A DNA stretch of 50,242 nucleotides. Source: a virus. Its lineage: Duplodnaviria > Caudoviricetes. The notes below the pieces were generated by a model that had not been told where the DNA came from, did no database searches, and was given only the letters and a program-made list of their open reading frames with translations. Made by a program: the position numbers and the translations under genes. Positions 27,393-37,272 of the stretch are shown here, piece by piece. The DNA lies in IMG/VR virus record IMGVR_UViG_3300006428_000045, positions 1 to 50,242 of that record. The stretch is one strand, 5' to 3'. How positions within the stretch are numbered: the stretch's first letter is position 1; every line of letters begins with the position of its first letter.

Positions 27393-27958
27393 TCGAAATT
27401 ACGAATGAACAGATCGAGCGGGTAAACCTGATTCTTGAAAACATCCCGAAAGGGGCGGAAAGAGCCTTTCGAGGCATTATTCAGAGGGCAAACAGCACCG
27501 TTAGAGCAGAGACGGTAAAGCAGATCAACACCGTATATGCGATTTCAAAGCAAAATATCAGGGCTGAAACAACCATCAATATGAGGACGCGAAAGGTTGA
27601 CGGCGGAATTGTGGGAACCGTTTCTTTCGCGGGGTACAAACTCCCGCTTTACCGTTTCAATGTATCTCCGACGTTGCCAGTTCAGCACGCGACCGTAAGC
27701 GCGGCGGTGCTGAATGCCAGCTCAAAAACTCCATTTGCGCACGCCTTTATTGCAAAAATGAAGAGCGGACACACGGGAATGTTTGAACGTGACGAAAGTT
27801 CGCGGCTTCCTATCACTGAATTTATGGGACCGTCCACCGCGCAGATGGCGGGAAACAGCGTCGTGCTTGAACAGGTGGAAGAAGCGGCACAACAGACCAT
27901 AAACAAGCGCGTTGAACATGAGATTTCCCGAATTCTCAACGGATACGGAGGTAAGTAA
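27389..27958 (+). CDS. Tail completion/neck protein (gpZ-like)
   Basis: AFIAKMKSGHTGMFER..RLPI..GPS. Confidence 0.7.
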   Translation: MIEITNEQIERVNLILENIPKGAERAFRGIIQRANSTVRAETVKQINTVYAISKQNIRAETTINMRTRKVDGGIVGTVSFAGYKLPLYRFNVSPTLPVQHATVSAAVLNASSKTPFAHAFIAKMKSGHTGMFERDESSRLPITEFMGPSTAQMAGNSVVLEQVEEAAQQTINKRVEHEISRILNGYGGK

Positions 27959-28446
27959 TGACCCCTTTAGAACTTCTGGACGTGCTGAAAGCGTTCATTG
28001 AAAAGGAAACAAAGGACATTCTTTTGCCCGTCCGGGTGGACCGCAAAAGCGGAGAACAAAAGGAGCGTCCGGCGGAGGTCCACAAAATGCGGCTTCCAGA
28101 TAAAGGCGCAGAAATAACGCGCATTCCCTATGTTCTCTTGCAGTTCATCAAAAACACGGACGATCAGGAAGAGGGACAACACCCGGAAAGCGTCTGCATG
28201 GTGCGTATCGTCGCCGCCACCTATTCAGAGGACGGCGAAGAGGGCGCGCTATGCGTTTTGAATCTGCTAACCCGGATTCGGATTGCGCTTTTGAAAGACG
28301 GCGTTATTGGGGAACGGTTCATGCTGAAACCCCCGCTTGAAATGATCGTGTACCCGGACAACACGCCGCCCTATTATTTGGGCGAAATGATAACCATGTG
28401 GAGAATGCCCATTATTGAAAGTGAGGTACAAAGCGTATGGCAGTAA
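27958..28446 (+). CDS. Tail terminator-like protein
   Basis: Position upstream of sheath; IPYVLLQ. Confidence 0.55.
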   Translation: MTPLELLDVLKAFIEKETKDILLPVRVDRKSGEQKERPAEVHKMRLPDKGAEITRIPYVLLQFIKNTDDQEEGQHPESVCMVRIVAATYSEDGEEGALCVLNLLTRIRIALLKDGVIGERFMLKPPLEMIVYPDNTPPYYLGEMITMWRMPIIESEVQSVWQ

Positions 28447-28985
28447 CTTATAAAGCCAGCATGAAGAAAGCTGAATTGCTGGAAATTGCCGTCAAAAACG
28501 GTGTTGCCGTAGAAGACAGCATGACAAAAGAACAGATTATTGCCGCGCTGGACGCGCAGAGCGGCACAGACGCGGCGGAAACGACCGGGGCAAGCAACGA
28601 CACCACCCCGGAGGAAGCCGCCACACAGGACGCGCAGAGCGGCGCAGGCGCGGACGAAGCGACCGGGGAAAGCAACGACACCACACCGGAGGAATCCGCC
28701 GCAGAAGAAACGCAGAGCGACACGGACGGACACACCATGTTTGTATACGCCGGGCCGTCCCTCCCCCGCGGGCGGCTGAAAGAAAACGCTGTTTTCCGCG
28801 GTACGTTCGCGGACGTTACGGCATATCTCGCCGACGTGCTGGAGGAATACCCGCAGGCGGCGAAATTGATTGTCCCGGCGGAGAAGCTGGGCGCGTTTTC
28901 CGTCAAGGCAAAGACCCCCGGAAATATCGCGCACAAGTATTACAACGACATTGTTTTACAAATGCGCAATGGCAAGGAGGAATAA
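28437..28985 (+). CDS. Hypothetical virion-module protein (HeH-like N-terminus, 26-aa repeats, YAGP domain)
   Basis: MKKAELLEIA..MTKEQIIAAL; internal 78-bp repeat; C-terminus paralogous to the next gene. Confidence 0.65.
   Translation: MAVTYKASMKKAELLEIAVKNGVAVEDSMTKEQIIAALDAQSGTDAAETTGASNDTTPEEAATQDAQSGAGADEATGESNDTTPEESAAEETQSDTDGHTMFVYAGPSLPRGRLKENAVFRGTFADVTAYLADVLEEYPQAAKLIVPAEKLGAFSVKAKTPGNIAHKYYNDIVLQMRNGKEE
28551..28706 (+). repeat. Two imperfect 78-bp tandem repeats
   Basis: Units at 28551 and 28629 (DAQSGTDAAETTGASNDTTPEEAATQ / DAQSGAGADEATGESNDTTPEESAAE). Confidence 0.8.
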
Positions 28986-29300
28986 AAGATGGCGGACTAC
29001 AATTCGCCCGCGGCGGAGGACACAGCGCAGAGCGACACGAACGGATACGATCTGTTCGTGTACGCCGGGCCGTCCCTCCCCCGCGGGCGGCTGAAAGAAA
29101 ACGCTGTTTTCCGCGGAACATTTCCAACTATTGCGGCTTATCTTTCGGACGTGCTGGAGGAATACCCGCAGGCGGCAAAGCTGATTGTTCCCGTGGAGCG
29201 GCTGGGCGCGTTTTCCATCAAGGTAAAAACCCCAGGCAATATTGCACACAAGTATTACACCGACATTGTTTCGACAATGCAGAGTAACAAGGAGGTATAA
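28712..29300 (+). repeat. ~270-bp direct duplication (offset 315 bp)
   Basis: 28712-28985 vs 29027-29300 share long identical runs, e.g. TACGCCGGGCCGTCCCTCCCCCGCGGGCGGCTGAAAGAAAACGCTGTTTTCCGCGG. Confidence 0.9.
28989..29300 (+). CDS. Hypothetical protein, paralog of the upstream gene's C-terminal domain
   Basis: FVYAGPSLPRGRLKENAVFRGTF shared; AAGGAGG RBS. Confidence 0.7.
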   Translation: MADYNSPAAEDTAQSDTNGYDLFVYAGPSLPRGRLKENAVFRGTFPTIAAYLSDVLEEYPQAAKLIVPVERLGAFSIKVKTPGNIAHKYYTDIVSTMQSNKEV

Positions 29301-29303
29301 AAG

Positions 29304-30746
29304 ATGGCTGACTATTATCATGGCGTTTCGACAAGCCAAACCGAAACGTCGGTTTCGACCCCTGTTGCGGCTGATTCCGGCGTTGCGTTCATCGTGGGAG
29401 CGGCCCCGGTACATACCGTAGGCGGCGCGGTGAATGACCCGATCATGTGCCAAAACTACGGCGAAGCCGTCGCCGCTATGGGGTATAGCGACGATTGGGC
29501 AAAGTATCCAATTTGCGAAGCGATCTATTCGCAGTTCAAGCTTTACGGCGTTGCCCCGGTGGTGTTCGTGAACGTCCTTGACCCCACGAAGCACAAAAAG
29601 GCCGTTGCAGAAACGAATTATCCGCTGACCGACGGAAAGGTTCTATTGCCTCTCGAAACCCTGAAAAACACGGTAAAGGTCAAGAAAGGCACAAGCGAAT
29701 ATTACGTAGCCGGGACCGATTATGACGTGTTTTTTGAGGGCGAAAACCTGATTCTTGAAGTGCTGGAGGGTACGACAATCCCCACAAACACGGGAGAACT
29801 CACGATTGCGTTTGACGCGGTTGACCCCAGCATGATTACGGAAAACGACATTATCGGCGGGTTTGATACCCAAACGAAGAAGTATTCCGGGATGGAACTG
29901 ATTGATTCCGTGTTCCCGAAATATGGAATCGTCGCCGACCTGATTCTTGCCCCCGGATGGTCCCATAAGTCCACCGTCGCGGCGGTCATGGCGGCAAAGG
30001 CCGCGAACATCAACGGAGTTTTCGAGGGGAAAGCCCTTATCGACGTTGACGCAACGGCGGTTACGCATTACGCGGACGTTCCGGCGTGGAAAAAAAGCAA
30101 CAATATCAACTCGAAAATGCAGATTCTTTGCTGGCCTATGTGCAAGCTGGGGAACCATGTTTTTCATTTGTCCGTTCAGGCGGCGGGAAGAATGGGCCTG
30201 ACCGATTCGGACAACAGCGGTTGCCCGGCAGAAAGCCCGTCGAACAAGTCTTTGCAGATCGACAGCGCGGTTCTTGCCGACGGTACGGTTGTACTGCTTG
30301 ATCTTCAGCAGGCAAATTACCTGAACAGCAATGGCATTGCTACCGTCCTGAACTTCATCGGCGGATATGCGTTTTGGGGCGACGAAACGGCATGCTTCCC
30401 GGCAGACACCGACGCAAAGAATTACTTCATCCCGATTTCCCGTATGTTCGGATGGGTTGCAAACACCCTGATTCTGACGTATTGGAGCAAGGTTGACAAG
30501 AAGATGAATCGACGGCTGATTGATTCTATCGTCGATTCGGTGAACGTCTGGCTGAATGGCCTTACCAACGCGGAGCAGTTGCTGGGCGGGCGCGTCGAGT
30601 TCAAGGAAGAAGAAAACAGCACTACCGCGCTTATGGCGGGAAAGGCCGTTTTCCATATCTACATGACACCGCCAAGCCCTGCGAAGCAGCTTGATTTCGT
30701 GCTGGAATACGACGCGGCTTATGTTTCCGCGGCGCTTACGGCGTAA
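29304..30746 (+). CDS. Contractile tail sheath protein
   Basis: YYHGV, IVGAAP, LILAPG, ESPSNK, ANYLNSNGI..WGD. Confidence 0.92.
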   Translation: MADYYHGVSTSQTETSVSTPVAADSGVAFIVGAAPVHTVGGAVNDPIMCQNYGEAVAAMGYSDDWAKYPICEAIYSQFKLYGVAPVVFVNVLDPTKHKKAVAETNYPLTDGKVLLPLETLKNTVKVKKGTSEYYVAGTDYDVFFEGENLILEVLEGTTIPTNTGELTIAFDAVDPSMITENDIIGGFDTQTKKYSGMELIDSVFPKYGIVADLILAPGWSHKSTVAAVMAAKAANINGVFEGKALIDVDATAVTHYADVPAWKKSNNINSKMQILCWPMCKLGNHVFHLSVQAAGRMGLTDSDNSGCPAESPSNKSLQIDSAVLADGTVVLLDLQQANYLNSNGIATVLNFIGGYAFWGDETACFPADTDAKNYFIPISRMFGWVANTLILTYWSKVDKKMNRRLIDSIVDSVNVWLNGLTNAEQLLGGRVEFKEEENSTTALMAGKAVFHIYMTPPSPAKQLDFVLEYDAAYVSAALTA

Positions 30747-30760
30747 GGAGGTAACGAACA

Positions 30761-31279
30761 ATGAAAGTTGATAACGGAACCGTAAACTTTGCCGTCTATG
30801 AGGACGCAACGGAGTTTTTCGGCATGGCGGAAGTGACGCTTCCTGAGATTTCTCAGATCACGGAGGAAGTCAAGGGCGCGGGCATTTCCGGCGCATTCAA
30901 TGGCGCATATGTGGGACACATCGAAGCAATGACACTGACACTGAACTTCCGTTCGGTGACGGCGGACGCAATCAAGCTTGTAGAGCCGCGGAACCACCAG
31001 CTTGACCTCCGCGCCGCCCAGCAGTATTGGGACAACACATCGGGAAAATTCGTTCAGCAGGCCGTTAAACACGTGCTGATGGTTACGCCGACGAAGTTTT
31101 CCCCCGGCAAACTCGCCCCAGCCGCTTCCGCGGAAGCTTCCGGCGAGTACGCAGTAACCTATTTCGCAACCTACATCGACGGAGTGAAGAAACTCGAAAT
31201 CGACATTCTGAATTTCATCTACTTTGTCAACGGAACGGACTATCTCGCCGACGTGCGAAAGGCGCTTGGCAAGTCTTAA
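30761..31279 (+). CDS. Tail tube protein (P2 FII-like)
   Basis: GMAEVTLP..GAGISG, EIDILN..NGTDYL. Confidence 0.9.
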   Translation: MKVDNGTVNFAVYEDATEFFGMAEVTLPEISQITEEVKGAGISGAFNGAYVGHIEAMTLTLNFRSVTADAIKLVEPRNHQLDLRAAQQYWDNTSGKFVQQAVKHVLMVTPTKFSPGKLAPAASAEASGEYAVTYFATYIDGVKKLEIDILNFIYFVNGTDYLADVRKALGKS

Positions 31280-31312
31280 ACCCGGCAGGGCCACCCCCTG
31301 CTGGGTTTTCTT
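31278..31312 (+). terminator. Intrinsic terminator after the tail tube gene
   Basis: AAACCCGGCAGGG-ccacc-CCCTGCTGGGTTTT. Confidence 0.6.
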
Positions 31313-31364
31313 ATGCCCTTTTCTGTATTTGAAAATCTAAAAAATTATATCGGAGGAATTGACA

Positions 31365-31775
31365 ATGAGCGAAGACATGAAGAAAACCGCCACAATCGGC
31401 GCAGAACAGGCCGCAGACGCGGCGGAAGCCGTCACCTGTGAAACTACCGCACACGCGGCGGAAACGACCGCAGAGGACGACGCGGGCGTTTATACGCACA
31501 CGTTCAAGAAGCCGTTTGAATACGGCGGGAAAATCTACACCGATTTGTCGTTCAATTTTGAACACCTGACCGGGCGGGACATGGTTTCCATTGAAACCGA
31601 AATGCAGATGAACAACGAATACGCTCTTGCCCCTGAAATCTCCCGCAGTTTTCAGGCGAAGATGGCGGCGCGCGCGGCGGGCATCGGCGGCGACGTGATG
31701 GACGGTATGCCCCTGAAAGATTTCAACAAGATCACAAACGCCGCGCGGGATTTTTTAATCAGTACGGGCTATTAA
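31365..31775 (+). CDS. Tail assembly chaperone (gpE/gp41-like)
   Basis: FKKPFEY..LTGRDM..MPLKDF..ARDFL; between tube and tape measure. Confidence 0.85.
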   Translation: MSEDMKKTATIGAEQAADAAEAVTCETTAHAAETTAEDDAGVYTHTFKKPFEYGGKIYTDLSFNFEHLTGRDMVSIETEMQMNNEYALAPEISRSFQAKMAARAAGIGGDVMDGMPLKDFNKITNAARDFLISTGY

Positions 31776-31927
31776 AAAGCCCGGCCCGCTGGTGGCGGCG
31801 GGAATGTTTCAAGCTGGCGCAGGCATCATTTACCCCGGTCAATTTTTGGCTAGACATGACCCCGGCGGAGATTATGCGCTGGATTCAGGACATTAACGCC
31901 GTCACAGCGGAAAGAAAAACCACGTAA
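31751..31927 (+). CDS. -1 frameshift extension of the tail chaperone (E+E'/G-T type)
   Basis: Slippery T TTT TTA at 31751-31757; -1 frame open to TAA 31927 (..TPVNFWLDMTPAEIMRW..). Confidence 0.75.
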   Translation, partial: FFNQYGLLKSPARWWRRECFKLAQASFTPVNFWLDMTPAEIMRWIQDINAVTAERKTT

Positions 31928-31935
31928 GGAGGGTG

Positions 31936-34900
31936 ATGGAGTTGGCGGGGCGCAAGGAATACGAATTGATTTTCAAGCTTCAAGCGGCTTTGGGAAGCAA
32001 TTTCAACACAGCATTTCGAGCGGCAAATACCGCGACAAAAGAACTGCAAAGCAGTCTAACAAGGCTTAATTCCATCACCGGGAAGATTGACGCGTACAAG
32101 CGGCAGGAATCCGCCCTTGAATCCAACCGTCAAAAGCTGGAACGGCTGACGGCTGAACATGAAAAACTGCAACGCGAAATCAAGGAAACGGAAGCCCCTA
32201 CGGACGAATTACGCGCCGATATGGAGCGGAACGAACGGCAGATTGCCGCGACAACCGCTAAAATCGAAACGCAGGAAAAGAAGCTGGGCGCGCTTAAATC
32301 CGAACTTTCAACAGCAGGCGTTAACACTTCCCGATTGAGCGAAGAAAACGAGCGGTTGTCAAAGACCTATGACAAGGTAAAGAAAAGTCAAGAAGATTTG
32401 GCAAAGGTAAACGCGGCGCTTGAAAAGAACGCCGCGGCTATCTCCGCCACAAAGCGTCAAATTGTCACCGTCGCAGGCGCGGCGGTGGCATTGGGCGCGG
32501 CCATTTACGCCGGACCCGTCAAAGCGTCGATGGATTTTGAATCCGCTATGAGCGACGTTTCAAAAGTCGTTGACGGCCTGAAAGACAGTAAAACAGGAAA
32601 GCTTACGCAGGAATATTACAAAATGCGTGACGCAATTCTTGACCTGTCTACCAAAATTCCACTGACAGCAAAGGAACTGACGCAGATTGCGGCATCGGCT
32701 GGTCAAGCGGGAATTGCACGAAACGAAATCGTGAAGTTTTCAGAGGACGCGGCAAAGATGGGCGTTGCGTTCGACGTTTCGGCAGATCAGGCGGGAGATT
32801 GGATGGCGAAGTGGAGAACTTCTTTCAGTATGTCACAGCAAGAAGTTGTTTCGCTTGCCGACAAGATCAACTATTTAAGCAATAATTCTGCATCAACAGC
32901 ATCGGAAATTTCAAATATTGTATCAAAAATCGGACCATTAGGCGAGGTTGCGGGCTTATCAAGCGGCGCAATCTCCGCGTTAGGCGCAACGCTTGTCGCC
33001 GTCGGCGTAAATGATGATGTAGCCGCAACGGGCATCAAAAAAGTTATGACGACAATGACCGCAGGAACCGCCGTCACAAAAAGGCAAAAGGCCGTTCTTG
33101 ACAAGATGGGCTATTCCGCGACGGACCTTGCAAAGCGTATGCAGACCGACGCACAAGGCGCAATCTTAGATTTCATGGCGGCGGTCAAGAAGCTTCCGAA
33201 AGCGGAGCAGGCGGCGGCGCTAAAGAATTATTTCGGCGAAGAATCCGTTGCCGCAATCGCCCCTATGCTTTCACGGCTGGACTTGCTGAAAAAGTCGTTT
33301 GACCGCGTGGGAGATTCTTCACTATACGCCGGGAGCATGGAAGCGGAGTACGCGGCCCGCGCGGATACCACGGCGAACAAAATTCAGCTTGCAAAGAACA
33401 GCCTTTCAAAGCTTTCTATCTCGCTGGGCAACGCCTTTCTTCCCCTTGTGGGAGACGGCGCGGAAAAGCTGTCCGATTTGGTCATTAAGCTATCTGACTT
33501 CATCGACAAAAACCCGGAACTTGTACGGACCGTTGCAAAGGTGACGGCGGGGCTACTTATATTCAAAACAGCTATGCTAACCGCAAGGCTTGGCGTTGAA
33601 AGTATGCAAAAAGACTTTCTTTTAGTACGAAAGTTCTTTGACCTGTTCCACGGCAAAACTGCAACCGCAGGCGAAGACACGGTAAAGTTTGCAAGCAAGG
33701 TAAAGGGCGTTGCAAAAAGCGTCGGTGGCTATTTCGGCGGCATCGGAAGTGCGGCTGGCGGTGTGGGACAGGCGTTCGGCGGTATGTTCAGCGGAACTAA
33801 AATCGGGGGCCTGTTTTCAAAAGTCGGCGGCGCGGCGGGCGGTGCATTTTCAAAAATCTTTACGGGCATCGGCGGTGTTTCGGCAAAGGCGTTCACCGGG
33901 GTGGCCGGAAAGGTCACAAGCATTTTTGGAAAGGCCGGAACCGCTATCGCGGCGGGGCCTTTGGGTAAGATCGGCGGCGTAATCGGAAAAGGGTTCGGCA
34001 AGGTCACAACCCTATTCGGACCACTAAAAAAGTTGGGTGGGGCCGTTCTTGGACCGTTCGGCGGCGTTCTCGGAAAGATTCTCCCCGTCGTCGGCGTTAT
34101 TATGCTGATTATATCGGCGGTGCAAATCCTCCGCGACAACCTCGACAAGGTGCGCGCGGTAGTCGGAAAGGTATTCGGAGAAGCCGGGCTTGCTGTTTTT
34201 GACAAAGTGGTTGCGGCGATTACGAATATCGGGAACACGATCAAGGGCATTTTCACAGACGGCAATTTAGGCGGCGCGCGTGAATTCCTGATAAACCTTT
34301 TTGGAGAGGACGCGACGGGCGCAATCGACGGAGCAATTACGGTTATACAAACGATCTGGAACATTTTAAGTCAGTTCATCACGTTTGTTGATACCTACAT
34401 TCGCCCGGTTGTGGAACAGCTATTTTCATTCATCGTAGGAACCGTGTTGCCGCAGATTGTGCAAGCATTCGCGGCGTGGGCACCAACAATCGCTTCTATC
34501 CTGCAAGGCGTGTGGACCGTTGTTCAAACCATTGCAACGGCGATCATGCAAGTTATTCAATTCCTTATGCCGACGATTCAAGGCTTAATCAGCGCCGGAC
34601 TTAGTACCATTATCGGCGTTGTAAGCGGCGTTCTCACCGCGATAAAAGGAATTGTAGACGTATTCGCCGGAATCTTTACGGGCGATTGGTCCCGCGTTTG
34701 GGAGGGCGTAAAAGAAATTTTTGGCGGCGTTTGGCAATCGTTGAAAAGTATTGCAAGCGGGGCGCTGAACGGCATTATCTCCCTTATCAATGGCGTTATA
34801 TCCGGGCTAAATAAGCTTAAAATTCCCGATTGGGTCCCCGGAATAGGCGGAAAGGGAATCAATATCCCTCTTATTCCGAAGTTCGCAAAAGGCACAAAGC

Positions 34901-35292
34901 GCACCCCGGACACCTTTATTTCAGGAGAAAAGGGCGCAGAACTGGTAACAAACGCCCGGAACCGAAGCGTATTCACCGCGGCGGCAACTGGAAAGATTTT
35001 CGGAAACCTCGCACGAATGGCAAACACCCTGACAGGCGGCGCGGGCGTTCCGGCGCTTCAATTAGCGTATGCAGGAGCAACAGCCCCCGGCGTGAACGCG
35101 CCGACCGTAGCGGCTACAAGCCCGCGGGAATCGGTTGTGATTCACAGCGCGCCCGTTTTCCATGTGGGAAGTGAAGCACAGGCGCAAGATATTGACGAAG
35201 CCTTGAAGCGGCGCGACGAAGAACTTTTGAACGAGTTCGACCAACGCATGAAGCAGAGAGAGGACGACGAAAGGCGGCGGAAGTATGACTAA
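31936..35292 (+). CDS. Tail tape measure protein (TP901 family)
   Basis: ~1118 aa; DFESAMSDVSKV, IAASAGQAG core, Gly/Ala-rich and W-spaced repeats. Confidence 0.93.
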   Translation: MELAGRKEYELIFKLQAALGSNFNTAFRAANTATKELQSSLTRLNSITGKIDAYKRQESALESNRQKLERLTAEHEKLQREIKETEAPTDELRADMERNERQIAATTAKIETQEKKLGALKSELSTAGVNTSRLSEENERLSKTYDKVKKSQEDLAKVNAALEKNAAAISATKRQIVTVAGAAVALGAAIYAGPVKASMDFESAMSDVSKVVDGLKDSKTGKLTQEYYKMRDAILDLSTKIPLTAKELTQIAASAGQAGIARNEIVKFSEDAAKMGVAFDVSADQAGDWMAKWRTSFSMSQQEVVSLADKINYLSNNSASTASEISNIVSKIGPLGEVAGLSSGAISALGATLVAVGVNDDVAATGIKKVMTTMTAGTAVTKRQKAVLDKMGYSATDLAKRMQTDAQGAILDFMAAVKKLPKAEQAAALKNYFGEESVAAIAPMLSRLDLLKKSFDRVGDSSLYAGSMEAEYAARADTTANKIQLAKNSLSKLSISLGNAFLPLVGDGAEKLSDLVIKLSDFIDKNPELVRTVAKVTAGLLIFKTAMLTARLGVESMQKDFLLVRKFFDLFHGKTATAGEDTVKFASKVKGVAKSVGGYFGGIGSAAGGVGQAFGGMFSGTKIGGLFSKVGGAAGGAFSKIFTGIGGVSAKAFTGVAGKVTSIFGKAGTAIAAGPLGKIGGVIGKGFGKVTTLFGPLKKLGGAVLGPFGGVLGKILPVVGVIMLIISAVQILRDNLDKVRAVVGKVFGEAGLAVFDKVVAAITNIGNTIKGIFTDGNLGGAREFLINLFGEDATGAIDGAITVIQTIWNILSQFITFVDTYIRPVVEQLFSFIVGTVLPQIVQAFAAWAPTIASILQGVWTVVQTIATAIMQVIQFLMPTIQGLISAGLSTIIGVVSGVLTAIKGIVDVFAGIFTGDWSRVWEGVKEIFGGVWQSLKSIASGALNGIISLINGVISGLNKLKIPDWVPGIGGKGINIPLIPKFAKGTKRTPDTFISGEKGAELVTNARNRSVFTAAATGKIFGNLARMANTLTGGAGVPALQLAYAGATAPGVNAPTVAATSPRESVVIHSAPVFHVGSEAQAQDIDEALKRRDEELLNEFDQRMKQREDDERRRKYD

Positions 35293-35494
35293 ATACACCA
35301 CCATTGCCGGGGATATGTGGGACGGAATCGCCTACAAAACATTAGGCGACGAAGCTTACACCGACAAGGTAATGAAAGCGAACCCGCAATACCGCCGCCT
35401 TGTCGTGTTCCCGGCGGGCATCGTGCTTTCTATCCCTGACGCGGAAGAAAAGGTTTCGGCGGATTTGCCGCCGTGGAAAAGGGGGACTGTATGA
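35285..35494 (+). CDS. Tail protein X (P2 gpX/LysM-like)
   Basis: YTTIAGDMWDGIAYK..ANP..LPPW. Confidence 0.88.
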   Translation: MTKYTTIAGDMWDGIAYKTLGDEAYTDKVMKANPQYRRLVVFPAGIVLSIPDAEEKVSADLPPWKRGTV

Positions 35495-36525
35495 ACGCAA
35501 GGCGAACAGCAATCCGCCTGACCTTTGACGGCACGGACATTACGGCGGACATCAATAAATATTTTCAATCACTGTCCTACACGGACAACGAATCGGGGAA
35601 AACGGACGATTTACAAGTATCTCTTGACGACCGGGAGGGCGTGTGGCTGGGGAACTGGCTTAACACGCCCTCCGCTTCAAAAGGCGCAGAACTTTCGGCG
35701 GTCATTATACAAAAGAACTGGAATTCGGACGAAAAAGACCGGGTGTTGGATTGCGGCGTTTTTCAGCTTGACAGCATCGACGCAAGCGGACCGCCCGGAA
35801 AAGTAACCATGAAAGGAACGTCTATCCCCTATTCCTCCACCCTGCGAACGCAGAAGAAAACTAAAGCGTGGGAGAAATTCAAGCTTTCCAAAATTGCGAA
35901 TGAGATTGCCGCGAAGAACGGCTTTCACTGTATGTTTGAATCAGCGTTCGACCCGTTTTACACAAGAACGGAGCAAGTGCAGGAATCGGATATAGTCTTT
36001 TTACAGCGGCTATGCAGGAATGCGGGAATCTCCCTGAAAGTAACCGCAAAGATCATTGTTTTATTTGACGCGGCGGCTTATGAGAAAAAAAGCGCCGTGC
36101 GCACGATCAAGCGCGGAAGCGCGGACGTTTTAAGCTTCTCTTTTTCAACGAACCTCCACGACACATCATACAGCAAGTGCCACGTATCCTACACGAACCC
36201 GAATACAGGCGCGACGATAGAATACACCTACACGCCGAAAGACGCTGACAAATCGGGACAGGTGCTGGAGGTCAACGAAAAGGTTTCAAGCCGCGAAGAA
36301 GCGCGGCAATTGGCTATGAAGCGGTTACGCGAAAAGAACAAAGATGAATTCAAGGCATCGTTCAGCTTGGTGGGCGACGCGGGGCTTGTGGCGGGCGTGA
36401 CGGTTCAGGTTAGCGGATACGGCGCATTCGACGGAAAATACATCATAGAAACGGCGGGGCATTCCGTATCGAACAGCGGGTATAAAACCGATCTGACCTT
36501 GCGCCGGGTTTTGGAGGGGTATTGA
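35491..36525 (+). CDS. Baseplate hub/late control D protein
   Basis: LSYTDNESGKTDDL, QVQESDIVFLQRL, FDGKYII. Confidence 0.88.
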   Translation: MNARRTAIRLTFDGTDITADINKYFQSLSYTDNESGKTDDLQVSLDDREGVWLGNWLNTPSASKGAELSAVIIQKNWNSDEKDRVLDCGVFQLDSIDASGPPGKVTMKGTSIPYSSTLRTQKKTKAWEKFKLSKIANEIAAKNGFHCMFESAFDPFYTRTEQVQESDIVFLQRLCRNAGISLKVTAKIIVLFDAAAYEKKSAVRTIKRGSADVLSFSFSTNLHDTSYSKCHVSYTNPNTGATIEYTYTPKDADKSGQVLEVNEKVSSREEARQLAMKRLREKNKDEFKASFSLVGDAGLVAGVTVQVSGYGAFDGKYIIETAGHSVSNSGYKTDLTLRRVLEGY

Positions 36526-36857
36526 TGGACGATTTTACAGCATTGCAGAACATTGTAAAAACGGGCTGGGTTTCTTCCGTCAAAGCCGCAGACAGGACCG
36601 CCCGCGTGACATTCAAGGACAAGGGGCAGACGTATGTTTCCGGCCCTTTGAAAGTGCTGAAAAATGCACCCTTTATCCCCGCAAAGGGAGCGCCGCAACA
36701 GACGGAAGAAAAATCCGGCGGGAGCGGCGACGCGGCCTTTGAAGCGCACAGTCACAACGTCACAATCAGCCCGTGGCTTCCGTCGCCGGGCGATTTTGTA
36801 CTTTGTATCTTTTTACCAAACGGCGACGGCGACGGGTTCGTGATTGGAGGGATATAA
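36525..36857 (+). CDS. Baseplate spike (gpV-like, short)
   Basis: GWVSSV..ARVTF..WLPSPGDFVLC..GFVIG. Confidence 0.75.
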   Translation: MDDFTALQNIVKTGWVSSVKAADRTARVTFKDKGQTYVSGPLKVLKNAPFIPAKGAPQQTEEKSGGSGDAAFEAHSHNVTISPWLPSPGDFVLCIFLPNGDGDGFVIGGI

Positions 36858-36859
36858 AG

Positions 36860-37261
36860 ATGGCGCTTATTGGAAGCTGGGGAGACGTTACATTTGCCGT
36901 TTCGCGTGAAGTGGTAAAGACGTTCGACGGCCTGAAATGGGACAGTGGCGCGAACTACGCGACCCATGAACGGCATTTGAAAGAGCCGCTTTTAGAGTTC
37001 ACGGGGACGGAAGTTGAAAGCATGACATTCAAAATGTTCTTTTCCGTGTTTTTGGGAGTGAACCCGCTTAAAGAGGTCACACGGCTTTTACAGGCAATGC
37101 GGAAAGGCGAAGTCAACCGCCTTGTAATCGGTCCGAAAGCCTACGGAACAAACAAGTGGGTTATCACAAAGCTTTCAAACTCGCTGGAGCGGTACGACAG
37201 CCGGGGGAACTTGCTTGTCGCATCGGTTGACGTGACTATGAATTCCTACGCGGCACGTTAG
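36860..37261 (+). CDS. Tail tube initiator (P2 gpU-like)
   Basis: IGSWGDVTF..LEFTG..WVI. Confidence 0.8.
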   Translation: MALIGSWGDVTFAVSREVVKTFDGLKWDSGANYATHERHLKEPLLEFTGTEVESMTFKMFFSVFLGVNPLKEVTRLLQAMRKGEVNRLVIGPKAYGTNKWVITKLSNSLERYDSRGNLLVASVDVTMNSYAAR

Positions 37262-37272
37262 GGGGTGAAACG

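Noticed and set aside
29643-30809. 388-aa minus-strand ORF
   Set aside because: Antisense shadow of the tail sheath gene
33700-34100. Gly-rich quasi-repeats as a separate repeat element
   Set aside because: Ordinary tape-measure low-complexity region
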